A stretch of DNA of 61,088 bases, counting the filler. It is 4 parts of 4 records of this genome, joined end to end, with 100 filler letters (N's around TTAATTAATTAA, not from the genome) between each part and the next. Parts side by side here need not be neighbours in the genome. Positions count along the whole stretch, not along the records: positions 18,555 to 45,540 come from SRR20825010_6615; 3 more parts are not named here. The stretch is one strand, 5' to 3'. The notes below the pieces were generated by a model. The model ran no database searches and was not told the DNA's origin. It saw only the letters and a list, made by a program, of their open reading frames with translations. The number at the start of each line of letters is the position of its first letter. The first letter of the stretch is position 1. Of the stretch, positions 31,112 through 41,539 are shown piece by piece. A program made the translations under genes and the position numbers.

Positions 31112-31738
31112 ATGTACTTTGTAATTGCAGACGACTTTCCCCTTTCCCTTCTAGGCACACAAGTTTTGCTTGAAGGGATGGGGCATGTTGTTTTAGAAAG
31201 CCACAACAACGGTCATGAGGCGTGGATGGCAATTAAAAGATTAAAACCAGAATTTGCAATTCTCGACATAAGCATGCCCGACATGGATGGCTTGGAAATT
31301 GCCGAAAATATTAGGCTGTATCAAATTCCTACAAAGATTATCCTACTAACATCCCACAAAGAAAAAAGCATTTTCAAAAAGGCGGAATCTCTTAAAATTA
31401 ATGCCTATTTATTAAAGCAAAACGCTTTAGACGAATTAAAAAGCTGCATTAATTATTTACAAAAAAATGAAGTCTATTATAGCCATAGAATAAAGCTAGA
31501 TATTGAAACCGATATCGACTATTTAAAAGGTGAAGCATTAGGTAAATTAACCTTTTCTGAAAAGAAAGTTTTCGAATTAATAGTAGCACAAAAAACTACC
31601 AAAGAGATTGCCAATATGCTTTTTTTATCTGAAAAAACCATCGAAGCACAGAGAGCTTCAATCATAAGAAAACTAGGGATAGAATCTGATAAAAATGCTC
31701 TATTGAAATATGCAGTTAAATTTTGGAAGCCAAAGTAA
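31112..31738 (+). CDS. NarL/LuxR-family response regulator
   Basis: IADD, ILDISMPDMDGLE, LTS, YLLK; C-terminal HTH LTFSEKKV...TTKEIANMLFLSEKTIE. Confidence 0.93.
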   Translation: MYFVIADDFPLSLLGTQVLLEGMGHVVLESHNNGHEAWMAIKRLKPEFAILDISMPDMDGLEIAENIRLYQIPTKIILLTSHKEKSIFKKAESLKINAYLLKQNALDELKSCINYLQKNEVYYSHRIKLDIETDIDYLKGEALGKLTFSEKKVFELIVAQKTTKEIANMLFLSEKTIEAQRASIIRKLGIESDKNALLKYAVKFWKPK

Positions 31739-31858
31739 TTAAGTGATTCTTTAGAAAGCCCTACTAATAAGGTATCAAAACCAAACAACTTTTAATTCTT
31801 TCGAAAAAGCTTATTATCACTACTTTTGGAAAATAATATTGTGCTATTATTTCTCATC

Positions 31859-32560
31859 ATGAAAAAGCCTCCCCTTACCCCCTCTCAAATTAAATGCGTT
31901 ACAGATTTTCAAGAGCTTGTTACTACGCCTTTTCAAGGTAATATTAATGCGTTGTGCTGGAACCGTACATTAATCGGTGATTTTTCTGAAATTGCTAATA
32001 AACTAATCTGTACCGGAACTATGGCGACAGTTAGTCCTGAGGAATTGCTCACACTTCAACTGAGTGAACAAGGCAAACTTGCGCGGGAAATATTATTAAA
32101 TGACATAAAATTGTTGGAAGCCTATGGTGCAGCTCCAATTCTAAATGTAATTGAAAATTATGAGCGTGATGAAGATCTGCCTTGGTTTCCAACAGATGTT
32201 TATTCCTTTCATGTAGATCGGTCTCCTATAGCCACCGATACATTTTTATGTACCTATCACGGTGCTGCTAGTGACATACTTCCAAATGAACAAGCAGTCC
32301 AAAAAATACTTGTCCCCGAAATACGTACAGCACTCAAAAATCTATACCAAGGGAAAGAAGGCAGAGGCTTTGAAGCCTTTTTAAGTGAATATTTTTTCGA
32401 CCTACACTACCAAGCAAAACCAAATGCAAAACCCATTAATTTAGAGATTGGCAACTTATGGCGGTTGGCGGTAGCTCATCCTGAAAGCAAAGTGCTTCCC
32501 TGTGTACACCGCGCCCCTAAAGAAAAAGCTGGTGAACGACGTTTGTTATTGATTTGTTGA
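31859..32560 (+). CDS. DUF1826-like protein (putative Fe/2OG-like HxD...H)
   Basis: FHVD, TFLCTYHGA, CVHRAP, RLLLIC; TACTTTTG promoter element at 31821-31828. Confidence 0.75.
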   Translation: MKKPPLTPSQIKCVTDFQELVTTPFQGNINALCWNRTLIGDFSEIANKLICTGTMATVSPEELLTLQLSEQGKLAREILLNDIKLLEAYGAAPILNVIENYERDEDLPWFPTDVYSFHVDRSPIATDTFLCTYHGAASDILPNEQAVQKILVPEIRTALKNLYQGKEGRGFEAFLSEYFFDLHYQAKPNAKPINLEIGNLWRLAVAHPESKVLPCVHRAPKEKAGERRLLLIC

Positions 32561-32744
32561 TTCTCTTAGCTTCACTAAAAAAATAGTTGAAATAGGTTTG
32601 TAAATAGGCTTGTAAAGAATCAGAGGGAGTTTGTTCATGACCGTAAAAAATCGAGGTAAAACCAATAATAAAGTATAATAAAAGCGTCTTTTTTAACACA
32701 TTATAAAGACAATTATTCTAACTAAAAAAAATCTTTAATAAGCT

Positions 32745-35396
32745 TTATATTTCTTCTTTTGCAATTTCTTCGCCTTTTGCATTAAGTTGCTTTTCTAGAT
32801 AGAAAAGCCCATTTAGTGTAGGGAAATAAAAGTATTCGGCAATGCCCTGGGAATCCTCAACAAGGTCTCCATCGGCATTGTATAAAGAAATTCGCAGTGT
32901 TCTACCGCTTTCATCAATTTGGTATACAAAATCCGCTACACCTTCTTCATTATCCATTAATTTTTGATCTGTACCGTAAGTAGATGTACGCACCACCTCA
33001 TCCATATCATTATAATGATTTTGCACACTATGAACCCCTTCCGGGCCAATTACGGGGTTTTTATATTTATCGTAATAAGCATAACTGCGTATATATCCAG
33101 AAAAATTTAAATTGATTTCCATGGTTGAAATCCCTTCAATATTATTCACTTTTTCACCATTCTTGCCATAATATGAATATCCATTATACCTATCAAATTT
33201 ATCATGTTCATAAACAATTTTGTGAATACCAGCTTCATTAAGAACAGCTTGATTATTTCTATTAAAAGAGCTTTCTGAAATAAGAATTTCACGCGAATTA
33301 TAGTCATATTTTATAATGCCAGCCCCATTAATAATCTGGTTATTCACATCATACATTATTACAATGGAATCGTTGCCAAAACGATTTAAAATGCTTGTTG
33401 TTCTATAAGCACCATCAAAAAGACATGGCTTATTGTTTTTGTCGTAATTGGTTCGTTCTAAAAAATTATTGTTATCATCATATTTAAACCCTAAAGTACT
33501 CGCACCTTGCACTGCATTTGCCAGTTCATTGTTTTCTGTGAAATAAATAGTTTTAATTCTATTGTTATTCTTGTCATATTCCCAGCGACTGATTGCTACG
33601 TCTTCTTCCCAAGCGCGGATTTTTCCAAGGGAATCATACGCTGTCATTTCTATTTGATTGCCGCGTTCATCATATTTGTATTTGTAAGAAACTACTCCAC
33701 TTGGTGTTTTCGCCCAAGAGCCTTCAGCATCAAAAAATTGTTCAACCACAATATTTTTTTTTGCATTTAGAAATTGCTTTGTTAATGAAACTCCTGTATC
33801 ATCCGGCCCTTCGTCACCATAGGCATCAACATTCTTTATGTTTATTATACTATCGCCTTCGAATAAGTAAGTGGTAGCGCCCTCTTTATTTTCAGTGAAC
33901 TTTAAAACATAACCTGGGTAATATTTTGCAGAAAATGTAACCCTTTCTAATGAATCAATCAAAACTACAGAATGGTGAAAATCATCCTGTCCTTTTGTAG
34001 GGAGCCCCCGAACATTAAACTTTCGCAAATCGGTACAGTTGCCATATTGGTCGTAATTATAGGTGTATTTTTGAACCCCATTAGCATCCACTGTTTTGTT
34101 ACCTAATGAATCGAGATAGTCTATAGATTTTATTTTGCCACGCTCGTCATAATCATAAGCCGAAATATACCCTTCATTATAAATAGCATACGCTCCATCT
34201 ACATCAAACCATTTAGCAGTTGTTACCATTAAATTAGCATCAGTTTCATATTCATAAGTAGAAATAAAATATTTGTCGCGCATGGGTTTACCCCCTTTAT
34301 CGAAATAGGAAATTCTTTTAGAAAATTTATTTGAACCCATTTCCCGTAGTTCATAAAAAGCACCACGACGTGTTACATGGTTTCCACTCTCATCGTAATA
34401 ACTGGAATACATACTTTTCTGGGTATCGTTCCAAATTCCTTTTTGAGTATATACGCCTTCTTTTGAAATCTGTTTCCCTTCTGCCTCATAATAGGTACGC
34501 GTTAAATTTCCGTCTTTATCTTTAATATTTCGTGTTATTGGAACTTCTGTTGAAGATGAAAAAGGAGCTCCATTTGAATCAAAAAGATGCACTTCGCGGG
34601 TTGAAATATTTGGGAAAGTGATGATACACAATGGTGCTTCATAATAACCGCCAGCAGTAGGTTTTCCGTTCTCAAAATACTTTATTAGTATGCTGTCCTT
34701 TTTTCGAGTTATATGGTAAATCTCACCAAAACGACTATTTTTTGTGTTTTCTGGATAAAACGAAAGTAATTCGCCATCAAGTGTAGTATAAATTTCTCGA
34801 TACCATTGGGTTTCTTCTTTCAGAAAATCTTGATAATGATAAAGATTTTCTTCAGCAAAATAAGCGGTTTCACGCAACAAACCTGCTATGTGTAGTTCCC
34901 AATAGCGCTGTTTTTGCCATTCTGTATTATGCTTGGATTCCTTATCATATACATCCTGCATCACGTTTATTTTCTCTAAATATTTTTTTCCTAAACGTTG
35001 TAAATCACTATTAGTCAAGTTTTCTTTACCAATACTAATTGCTTCTTTTCTAAAAAGTCGGGCGTAATATTCTGTTATATTGAAATGATTTTGCTCGTGA
35101 ATCAGCAATTGTTCCATATCGGCTACATCTTCGATTACCCTTCCAGATAAGTGAGGAATCATTTGAGCAAAAATACGAAGTGATTTGTCGTCACGGTTCC
35201 CTTCAAATTGTATGTTAGAATAAACCATAGCGTGATAATCGCCAGGAATATCGCCAATAATAGGGAAATCATCCCATGTAAGAAGGCGTTCGCTCCAATG
35301 GATGCTTTTTACTACTTCAGATTTTTTAGTGTATGCCAAAAATGCCAAACCGGCAAGCGCAATGCACGAAATTAATATATGGTATTTAAGCTTCAA
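32745..35396 (-). CDS. Exported DUF922-like zinc metalloprotease fused to ~32-aa YD-like repeats
   Basis: N-terminal hydrophobic anchor, WSERLLTWDDF, LLIHEQNHFNITEYYAR, Q..YD.ES.H; then many Y.YD..GN....+..D..G......G repeats. Confidence 0.8.
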   Translation of the reverse strand: MKLKYHILISCIALAGLAFLAYTKKSEVVKSIHWSERLLTWDDFPIIGDIPGDYHAMVYSNIQFEGNRDDKSLRIFAQMIPHLSGRVIEDVADMEQLLIHEQNHFNITEYYARLFRKEAISIGKENLTNSDLQRLGKKYLEKINVMQDVYDKESKHNTEWQKQRYWELHIAGLLRETAYFAEENLYHYQDFLKEETQWYREIYTTLDGELLSFYPENTKNSRFGEIYHITRKKDSILIKYFENGKPTAGGYYEAPLCIITFPNISTREVHLFDSNGAPFSSSTEVPITRNIKDKDGNLTRTYYEAEGKQISKEGVYTQKGIWNDTQKSMYSSYYDESGNHVTRRGAFYELREMGSNKFSKRISYFDKGGKPMRDKYFISTYEYETDANLMVTTAKWFDVDGAYAIYNEGYISAYDYDERGKIKSIDYLDSLGNKTVDANGVQKYTYNYDQYGNCTDLRKFNVRGLPTKGQDDFHHSVVLIDSLERVTFSAKYYPGYVLKFTENKEGATTYLFEGDSIINIKNVDAYGDEGPDDTGVSLTKQFLNAKKNIVVEQFFDAEGSWAKTPSGVVSYKYKYDERGNQIEMTAYDSLGKIRAWEEDVAISRWEYDKNNNRIKTIYFTENNELANAVQGASTLGFKYDDNNNFLERTNYDKNNKPCLFDGAYRTTSILNRFGNDSIVIMYDVNNQIINGAGIIKYDYNSREILISESSFNRNNQAVLNEAGIHKIVYEHDKFDRYNGYSYYGKNGEKVNNIEGISTMEINLNFSGYIRSYAYYDKYKNPVIGPEGVHSVQNHYNDMDEVVRTSTYGTDQKLMDNEEGVADFVYQIDESGRTLRISLYNADGDLVEDSQGIAEYFYFPTLNGLFYLEKQLNAKGEEIAKEEI

Positions 35397-36159
35397 GCAA
35401 GATAGGATTAAGTTTTTTTAATGTTTTATAGAAATAGTATGGAACATACGTAAGTATAAAAAAGGATAGGATGTAAATTATATCTCCACCAATTGCAGTA
35501 AAGTTTATATTAGAAATGTTGTTGCTATACATTTCATATGAAGAAATAATTACATGCAAAACAATACTGAAAATAGCGCGATGCACTACAAAGTAAATTG
35601 GTGCTTTTGGAAGCGGTTTAAATTTAAAACTCAAAAGAAGCACCGATAAATAGCCCGTCATTATTAGGATGCTTTCAATACTAAAATACACCCAGTCGTC
35701 GTCATCTAGCAAATAACTAGCTACTGCCAAAACTAAAGCTGTAAGTAATGTGCCACTTAACAATTCGCCTCCCATTGCTTCAAAATCTTTCCCTTTTGGC
35801 AATTTAAAACCAGTTGATTTATCGCTTAATGGAGTTTCTGCATTTTGAAGCTCCTCAAGTTTTGGGTCTGGGCCGTATTTGTTATTTCTATTTTGCCCTT
35901 CACTAAAAAGAAGGGCAAAAATATAAAAGGGAATGATTTGATAAAAACCGCTATTTCCAAGATCGTGACAACGCTTTGCACCTTGTGAAAACAAAAACCA
36001 ATACGCGGCACCTAATAATATAAATAATTGGTATCCACCTAAATTTAAAACTTTCATAAGTGCTATGAAACCATAAATAAAAACAAGAAATATTATATAA
36101 CTAATACCAAATTCAGTTCTACGAATACGGCCATTAAATGAAAACGAGTTCTTAAACAT
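35386..36159 (-). CDS. DUF805 membrane protein with C-terminal multi-TM extension
   Basis: FSFNGRIRRTEF, KRCHDLGNSG, NKYGPDPK; the stop overlaps the next gene by 11 bp. Confidence 0.85.
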   Translation of the reverse strand: MFKNSFSFNGRIRRTEFGISYIIFLVFIYGFIALMKVLNLGGYQLFILLGAAYWFLFSQGAKRCHDLGNSGFYQIIPFYIFALLFSEGQNRNNKYGPDPKLEELQNAETPLSDKSTGFKLPKGKDFEAMGGELLSGTLLTALVLAVASYLLDDDDWVYFSIESILIMTGYLSVLLLSFKFKPLPKAPIYFVVHRAIFSIVLHVIISSYEMYSNNISNINFTAIGGDIIYILSFFILTYVPYYFYKTLKKLNPILLEA

Positions 36160-36352
36160 TTGTTAAAATATGCAGTATGCAAGATATAACAAGGAAAGGT
36201 TAATTTCCAAATAGTCGTCGTATAATTTATAAATGCTAGTATTTTTACATTTTTTATTTTAGTTTTAAAATAGCTATTCAAAGTAAACAAAATCTCCTTT
36301 AAGTTATGTCTTTTTTAAGATATAGGCTAACTTCACGAACTTTATAAATTAT

Positions 36353-37990
36353 ATGAAAGTTTATTTTAAATTATTAATTTTTCTTTTCTCTTCATTTCTA
36401 ATTGCTCAGAACACAGTACAACTAGACAGTCTTTTAGTTCAAGGTATAGAAGCAAGAAGTAATAAAGAATATACTTTATCACTTGAATTGCTAACTAAGG
36501 TACGAACTGTTGCTGAGGAAAAACAGTTGTATAAACAACAGTTTTTGGCTCTTAATAATATTGGAGCAAATTACTATTCTATGTTGGATTATGGAGAAGC
36601 ACTGGATAATTATTTAGAAGCATACACCATAGCATTAAAACATCTTGATGAAAATGAAGAGATGATTGTTCTTAACAACATTGCTATTTTATACATTAAA
36701 GAAGACGATCCAGTGAAAGCCGAAGAATATTTTTCTAAGGCATATAAATTAGCTCAAGAACATAAAGAACCAATCAAAATAGGATTATATGCGGTAAACT
36801 TAGGCATGTTGGCGAATCAGCAAAATAAACCAAATGTGGCTGCAGCTTATTTGGCAGAAGCTAAAGAAATGCTTAAAAATCAACCTGCATTAATTATTTT
36901 AGTTGAAATAGCTTTAGCAGAAAACTATTATAAACGAGGAGAACTTAAAAAAGCGAAAACCTTGGCAGATTCATTACTTCCTAAGTTAGAGATTGTTACA
37001 CATAGCGAAGAGCGAATTTCAACCCTTATCTTACTGTCTGATATTGCAAAAGATAAAAATGAAATATCCGAAGCAATTGTATACGGCCAAGCAGCATTAA
37101 AAGCAGCTTTAAACCCAGAAAACCGAATAAGTGCTTACCAGCAATTATCAGAAATTTACACTAAAAATGGATTGTACACCAATGCAATTGAAGCAAAAGA
37201 CTCCATAATTTTGCTTACTGAATCGTTAAACCAATTAAAAAACGGTCGTTTATTTGAAACAAATAGAGTAAAATTTGAAATAGCCGATTATAGACGAGAA
37301 CTTCAGCGAAGTTCAGAATTGAGAGCGCAAGAACGCACCACTCTTTATAGTCTTTTGGGCATTTCAATTCTGATAATATGTCTTATCACTTGGGCATTGT
37401 ACAACAGCTTTATAAAAAACAAACAAAGAAAAATTCTACACCAACAGAGTAAGGAGTTTATAGAATTAGAACTTCAAAAAAAAGAAAGTGACAACCTCTT
37501 ATTAGAAAAACAATTACATGCAAAAGAAGCCGTGGCTTTGCTTGAACAGGAACGACTTAAAAATGAAATTGAAAATAGAAACAGAAAGCTTGCAGCCAAA
37601 GCACTGCAAATTTCTAGTAGGAATGAATTGATTAAAGAAGTAATTAATAGTTTAACGAATCAGTCAGAAATTACACATAATGCTTTTTTAACAAACAAAA
37701 TAAAAGAGCTAAAAAAACTACTAAAAAACGATTCCGAATGGGATAGCTTTCTCACCCATTTTGAAGAGGTTAACCATGGATTGCTTACAAAATTGCGCAC
37801 CAATCATAAAGAATTAACCGCAAATGATATTCGTTTCTTGAGTTATATGTATATGGATCTTACAATTAAGGAAATTGCTTCGCTTTTTAATATTACAGTG
37901 GAAGCAACACGCAAACGGAAGGAGCGTATTAGCAACAAAATGGGGCTAGAAGATAGCACAGTACTATACCGCTATATTACAACGACTTAA
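36353..37990 (+). CDS. TPR-TM-coiled coil-LuxR-type HTH membrane regulator
   Basis: Signal peptide, ALNNIGANY/VLNNIAILY TPRs, TM helix, WDSFLTHFEEV, LTANDIR...IKEIASLFNIT...RKRKERI. Confidence 0.88.
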   Translation: MKVYFKLLIFLFSSFLIAQNTVQLDSLLVQGIEARSNKEYTLSLELLTKVRTVAEEKQLYKQQFLALNNIGANYYSMLDYGEALDNYLEAYTIALKHLDENEEMIVLNNIAILYIKEDDPVKAEEYFSKAYKLAQEHKEPIKIGLYAVNLGMLANQQNKPNVAAAYLAEAKEMLKNQPALIILVEIALAENYYKRGELKKAKTLADSLLPKLEIVTHSEERISTLILLSDIAKDKNEISEAIVYGQAALKAALNPENRISAYQQLSEIYTKNGLYTNAIEAKDSIILLTESLNQLKNGRLFETNRVKFEIADYRRELQRSSELRAQERTTLYSLLGISILIICLITWALYNSFIKNKQRKILHQQSKEFIELELQKKESDNLLLEKQLHAKEAVALLEQERLKNEIENRNRKLAAKALQISSRNELIKEVINSLTNQSEITHNAFLTNKIKELKKLLKNDSEWDSFLTHFEEVNHGLLTKLRTNHKELTANDIRFLSYMYMDLTIKEIASLFNITVEATRKRKERISNKMGLEDSTVLYRYITTT

Positions 37991-38098
37991 CCCTATATGT
38001 CACACTTTTTCTGAATCCCGTCGCACTAATTAGGAGATTTTCTTAGCACACTTCCTTATAATTTTCAGAATATTGGGAGCAAATTAAAACCCTAAATT

Positions 38099-40405
38099 AT
38101 GAAAAAATCGATTACTCTATTTTTATTTACATTACTCTTTTCATTTCAACCAACATTCGCACAGCCTGAGGTAACTGGTTCTATTGATTTCGGTCGTATT
38201 TACGACCTTACCTATGATGCAAATGTACCAAATAAGGTATATGCGGTAACCATGGGAAACCATATAATAGTTTCTGAAGATAATGGTGTCAACTGGAATA
38301 TTTTGTATTCTTTACTTATTGGCAAAGGCGCAAGAATTAAAGACTTAAAGCTTTCTTCTGATGGATCAGCGCTAACTTTTTCAGCCTACCTTCCAGACAC
38401 TTCACTAAATGATGTTAGAGTATATGATATTGCTTCTTCCACTATTATTAAAACATTTCCATTGCCAAATCAAAGTGAAAATAGCTATGTAACCTCCTAT
38501 GATTTTTATGACCAAAATATGGATGTTTTACTTGTAGACACTAATTTTCCTGGGGGTATGAATCACGAAGGAAAAACATTCTACACCGCAGATGGGGGTA
38601 CTACCTGGAGTATGGTATACCACACCAATGATTATGATACAGTTTTCATTAACGATGTAGCCATAAGCCCAGCTGATCCAGAAAAACTCTTTCTCAGCCG
38701 CGGGAATGGATCTACCAATATTGATGGAGGACTTTTTGTATCTGACGATGCGGGCCAGACTTGGGTAGAAAAATTACCAGGAATCATCTTGGATCCTATA
38801 AGTTTCGACCCCACAAACCCTGAAAAAATCTGGATGGGAACCGGAATTAGTTTTGGGAGTAATGTAGAAAATCTTTATAAATCTATAGATGACGGGGAAA
38901 CCTTTTCTATTGTCCCCATCACTTGGACTGAGGGGATCTTGGATTGTATCAACGTGATTCGTTTTAATGAAAACAACCCATCACAAATTATTATTTTGGA
39001 AGAAAACGAAATTGTAATCTCTGAAAATGGCGGAGCTACTTGGAAAAACTTTGTATACCCAGACGAAAATCCTGAAAGCTATTTTTATGGATTAAATGCT
39101 AGCTACAATCCTCATAATCCAAATGAAATTTTTATCAGTGCTGATTATGTCCCGCTATTTTCTTCAGATGGAGGAGAAACCCTTTCTTGGTCTAAAAGCC
39201 CATATTTTACTAGTACTGGAAACATGGATCTTTATAAAGATGGTACTGAGGCAAGTCTTTACTATGGTGTTCAATTTGGTTATGTTCATCGCAATTTAAA
39301 TTCTGGCATTGACACCCCATACGATATTATGCCTTTAAATATCTTTTCTAGCAATCCAGGGCAAACGCAGTATGCAGATAAAATTACGCCAAATAGAATA
39401 TACACTTTCACCTCAAGTTTTATGGGGTCAAGTCTTAAAATAAGCAATGATAATGGCGCCAATAAAACTGAACTTTTATCAACCTTTTCAAATAAATTCA
39501 CTGCAGTAGCTACTTTCCAAAATTCTCCAGAAACTATTTTGGCTGCTTTTGCTGGTTTTGACCCAAGTGAAACGAAGCTTAAGCAGATAAATTTTAGTGA
39601 TTTAAATAATGTGATTGTTAATGATATAACCTTGCCTAATCTCGATTTTATACACAAAATAATTATTGATGAAACAGACAAGATTACAATTACCGTAGGT
39701 ATTGAAGTATATACTTCAATAGATGGGGGTGCAACTTGGGCTAATACAAGTAATGGGCTTGAAGTGATGAATACGAATGACCTTATTTTTGATCTTCAAA
39801 AAGATCCACTAAATGAAAACCGCTTGGCTTTAGCTAGCTCAAAGGGAATTTTTATTTCTGAAGATGGAGGCGAAAACTGGGACAGAAAAACCAGTGAATT
39901 GGTTTTTAATGTAGCGTTTTCAACAGAAACTGAAGGCGCCATGATGGCTTCAACATATAGTTCACAAATTTCTGAATTTGCTATGCATTATTCCACAGAT
40001 AGTGGCGAAAACTGGGAAACCATAAACAATGAACAATTACTTGCCATAGGTGCTGTTTCTTCTACATATTCATTTAGTGAAAATTCAGTAAAAGTATTCA
40101 TTGGCACTTTCGATTTGGGTCTTGTAGAATACACAATTGATTTAACAGTTTTAGGTACCCTAGAATTTGAAAATAATTCAAATGAAATTTCAATCTATCC
40201 TAACCCTGCAAGCGATCTAGTTAATATTCAATTAAAAAACTCAATGGTAAAGCAAGTTGCAATTTATTCTTTAAACGGAATAAAGGTTATGGAAGCTGAA
40301 ACCAGTACCAATTTGAATATTTCCAAACTTGAAGCTGGGGTTTATTTAGTGCGTATACAAAACAATGCTAATGAAGTTTATTTTAAAAGAATATTAAAGC
40401 AATAA
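38099..40405 (+). CDS. T9SS-secreted Asp-box (BNR/VPS10-like) beta-propeller protein
   Basis: About ten S/T-x-D/N-x-G-x-x-W/F boxes (e.g. SEDNGVNW, TADGGTTW, SDDAGQTW, SEDGGENW); C-terminal ISIYPNPAS...GVYLV sorting domain. Confidence 0.88.
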   Translation: MKKSITLFLFTLLFSFQPTFAQPEVTGSIDFGRIYDLTYDANVPNKVYAVTMGNHIIVSEDNGVNWNILYSLLIGKGARIKDLKLSSDGSALTFSAYLPDTSLNDVRVYDIASSTIIKTFPLPNQSENSYVTSYDFYDQNMDVLLVDTNFPGGMNHEGKTFYTADGGTTWSMVYHTNDYDTVFINDVAISPADPEKLFLSRGNGSTNIDGGLFVSDDAGQTWVEKLPGIILDPISFDPTNPEKIWMGTGISFGSNVENLYKSIDDGETFSIVPITWTEGILDCINVIRFNENNPSQIIILEENEIVISENGGATWKNFVYPDENPESYFYGLNASYNPHNPNEIFISADYVPLFSSDGGETLSWSKSPYFTSTGNMDLYKDGTEASLYYGVQFGYVHRNLNSGIDTPYDIMPLNIFSSNPGQTQYADKITPNRIYTFTSSFMGSSLKISNDNGANKTELLSTFSNKFTAVATFQNSPETILAAFAGFDPSETKLKQINFSDLNNVIVNDITLPNLDFIHKIIIDETDKITITVGIEVYTSIDGGATWANTSNGLEVMNTNDLIFDLQKDPLNENRLALASSKGIFISEDGGENWDRKTSELVFNVAFSTETEGAMMASTYSSQISEFAMHYSTDSGENWETINNEQLLAIGAVSSTYSFSENSVKVFIGTFDLGLVEYTIDLTVLGTLEFENNSNEISIYPNPASDLVNIQLKNSMVKQVAIYSLNGIKVMEAETSTNLNISKLEAGVYLVRIQNNANEVYFKRILKQ

Positions 40406-40420
40406 ACACTATAAATTTTG

Positions 40421-40461
40421 AAAAAAATAGTTCCTCAGAAAGTAATTTCTGGGGAATTATT
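40421..40461. terminator. Hairpin between convergent genes
   Basis: AATAGTTCCTCAGAAA...TTTCTGGGGAATTATT, with an A-run on the left (U-tract on the minus strand). Confidence 0.65.
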
Positions 40462-40501
40462 ATCTAATAAGTGTTAGTAAAATAATTACTAAGAAATTAT
40501 T

Positions 40502-41539
40502 TTACTCCATATGAGTTATTAAATGATGAAAAGCTAGCGGATCATTTCCTAAACCCATTTTTCTTTTTAAATAGTTTATTCTTGATTCAATTTCATCTTC
40601 ACTTTTCCCCATGAGGGAAGCAATTTCGGGGACTGAAACTTGCAATTTCAACATACAACAAAAAGCAATATCGTTTTCAGATAAGTTCGGGAACATTTCA
40701 TTTAATAAGGATGCAAAATGCGGATGCACTTCAATAAATTTACCTTTAAAATATTTCCAGTAATTCTTTTTATTTAATAAATATTTTAAATTTTCGGAAA
40801 GCTCTTTAAAACTTTCATTTGCTTCCCAACGATTTATTTCTTCCAATAATTTATTCTGAAGATCGGCCATCTCTAATGAAACTTCCACTAATTGCTTTTC
40901 CTTGTTTGCTAACGTCCTACCTCTTTCTATATGTAATCTAGCCTCTAATCGTTGCTTGTCTTCTAATGCTCTTTTAGATATTTTTAAGTTGCCAAGCATT
41001 TCCTTTTGAAGATGAATTTTATTTCTATTCGTAATAATAAGTACAAGACCAATTGCTATTACTAGTAAGAAAATGAAAATACTTAAGATTAAAATTTTAT
41101 CTTTTTTTGTGCTGTTTTCCAACAATAAATCCTTTGTATTTGCTAAGCTATAACGCTTCTCCTTTTTTAAATTATTTAATTCAACAGAACCCAATTCATA
41201 ATTTATAGAATAAAGTGAATCCTTTAAAAAATACATTTGGGAACGTAATAAAGGATACGCTTGAGAAGCAATAATTGCTTTATTAAAATAAAAATCAGCG
41301 GAATCTTTTACTCCCATTGTACTGTATAAAATACCTAAATCACCAAACGTTTTAATTCTAGATGAATCTGAGAGCTTCGTTGAATTCGCCATAAGGTGCA
41401 ACATATTAACCCTCTCTGAATTCGAAAAAGTAGACACAATATTATTAATTTCATGGGAAGGTTTCTCAGTTTTAGAAGTTTGGCAAACTGAACTAAAAAA
41501 TATCATTAAAATTAATCCCTGAAATATTGATTTCATCAT
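40502..41539 (-). CDS. Short TPR-TM-LuxR-type HTH regulator
   Basis: Signal-like N-terminus, one TPR-like unit (DLGILYSTMG..DSA..YF.KA), TM helix, WKYFKGKFIEVHPHF...LSENDIAFC...EIASLM...YLKRKMGL. Confidence 0.8.
   Translation of the reverse strand: MMKSIFQGLILMIFFSSVCQTSKTEKPSHEINNIVSTFSNSERVNMLHLMANSTKLSDSSRIKTFGDLGILYSTMGVKDSADFYFNKAIIASQAYPLLRSQMYFLKDSLYSINYELGSVELNNLKKEKRYSLANTKDLLLENSTKKDKILILSIFIFLLVIAIGLVLIITNRNKIHLQKEMLGNLKISKRALEDKQRLEARLHIERGRTLANKEKQLVEVSLEMADLQNKLLEEINRWEANESFKELSENLKYLLNKKNYWKYFKGKFIEVHPHFASLLNEMFPNLSENDIAFCCMLKLQVSVPEIASLMGKSEDEIESRINYLKRKMGLGNDPLAFHHLITHME

Noticed and set aside
32745..35396. Classical Rhs polymorphic toxin
   Set aside because: There is no Rhs core PxxxxDPxG, no C-terminal toxin domain and no convincing downstream immunity gene; it is kept as a different architecture in the findings.
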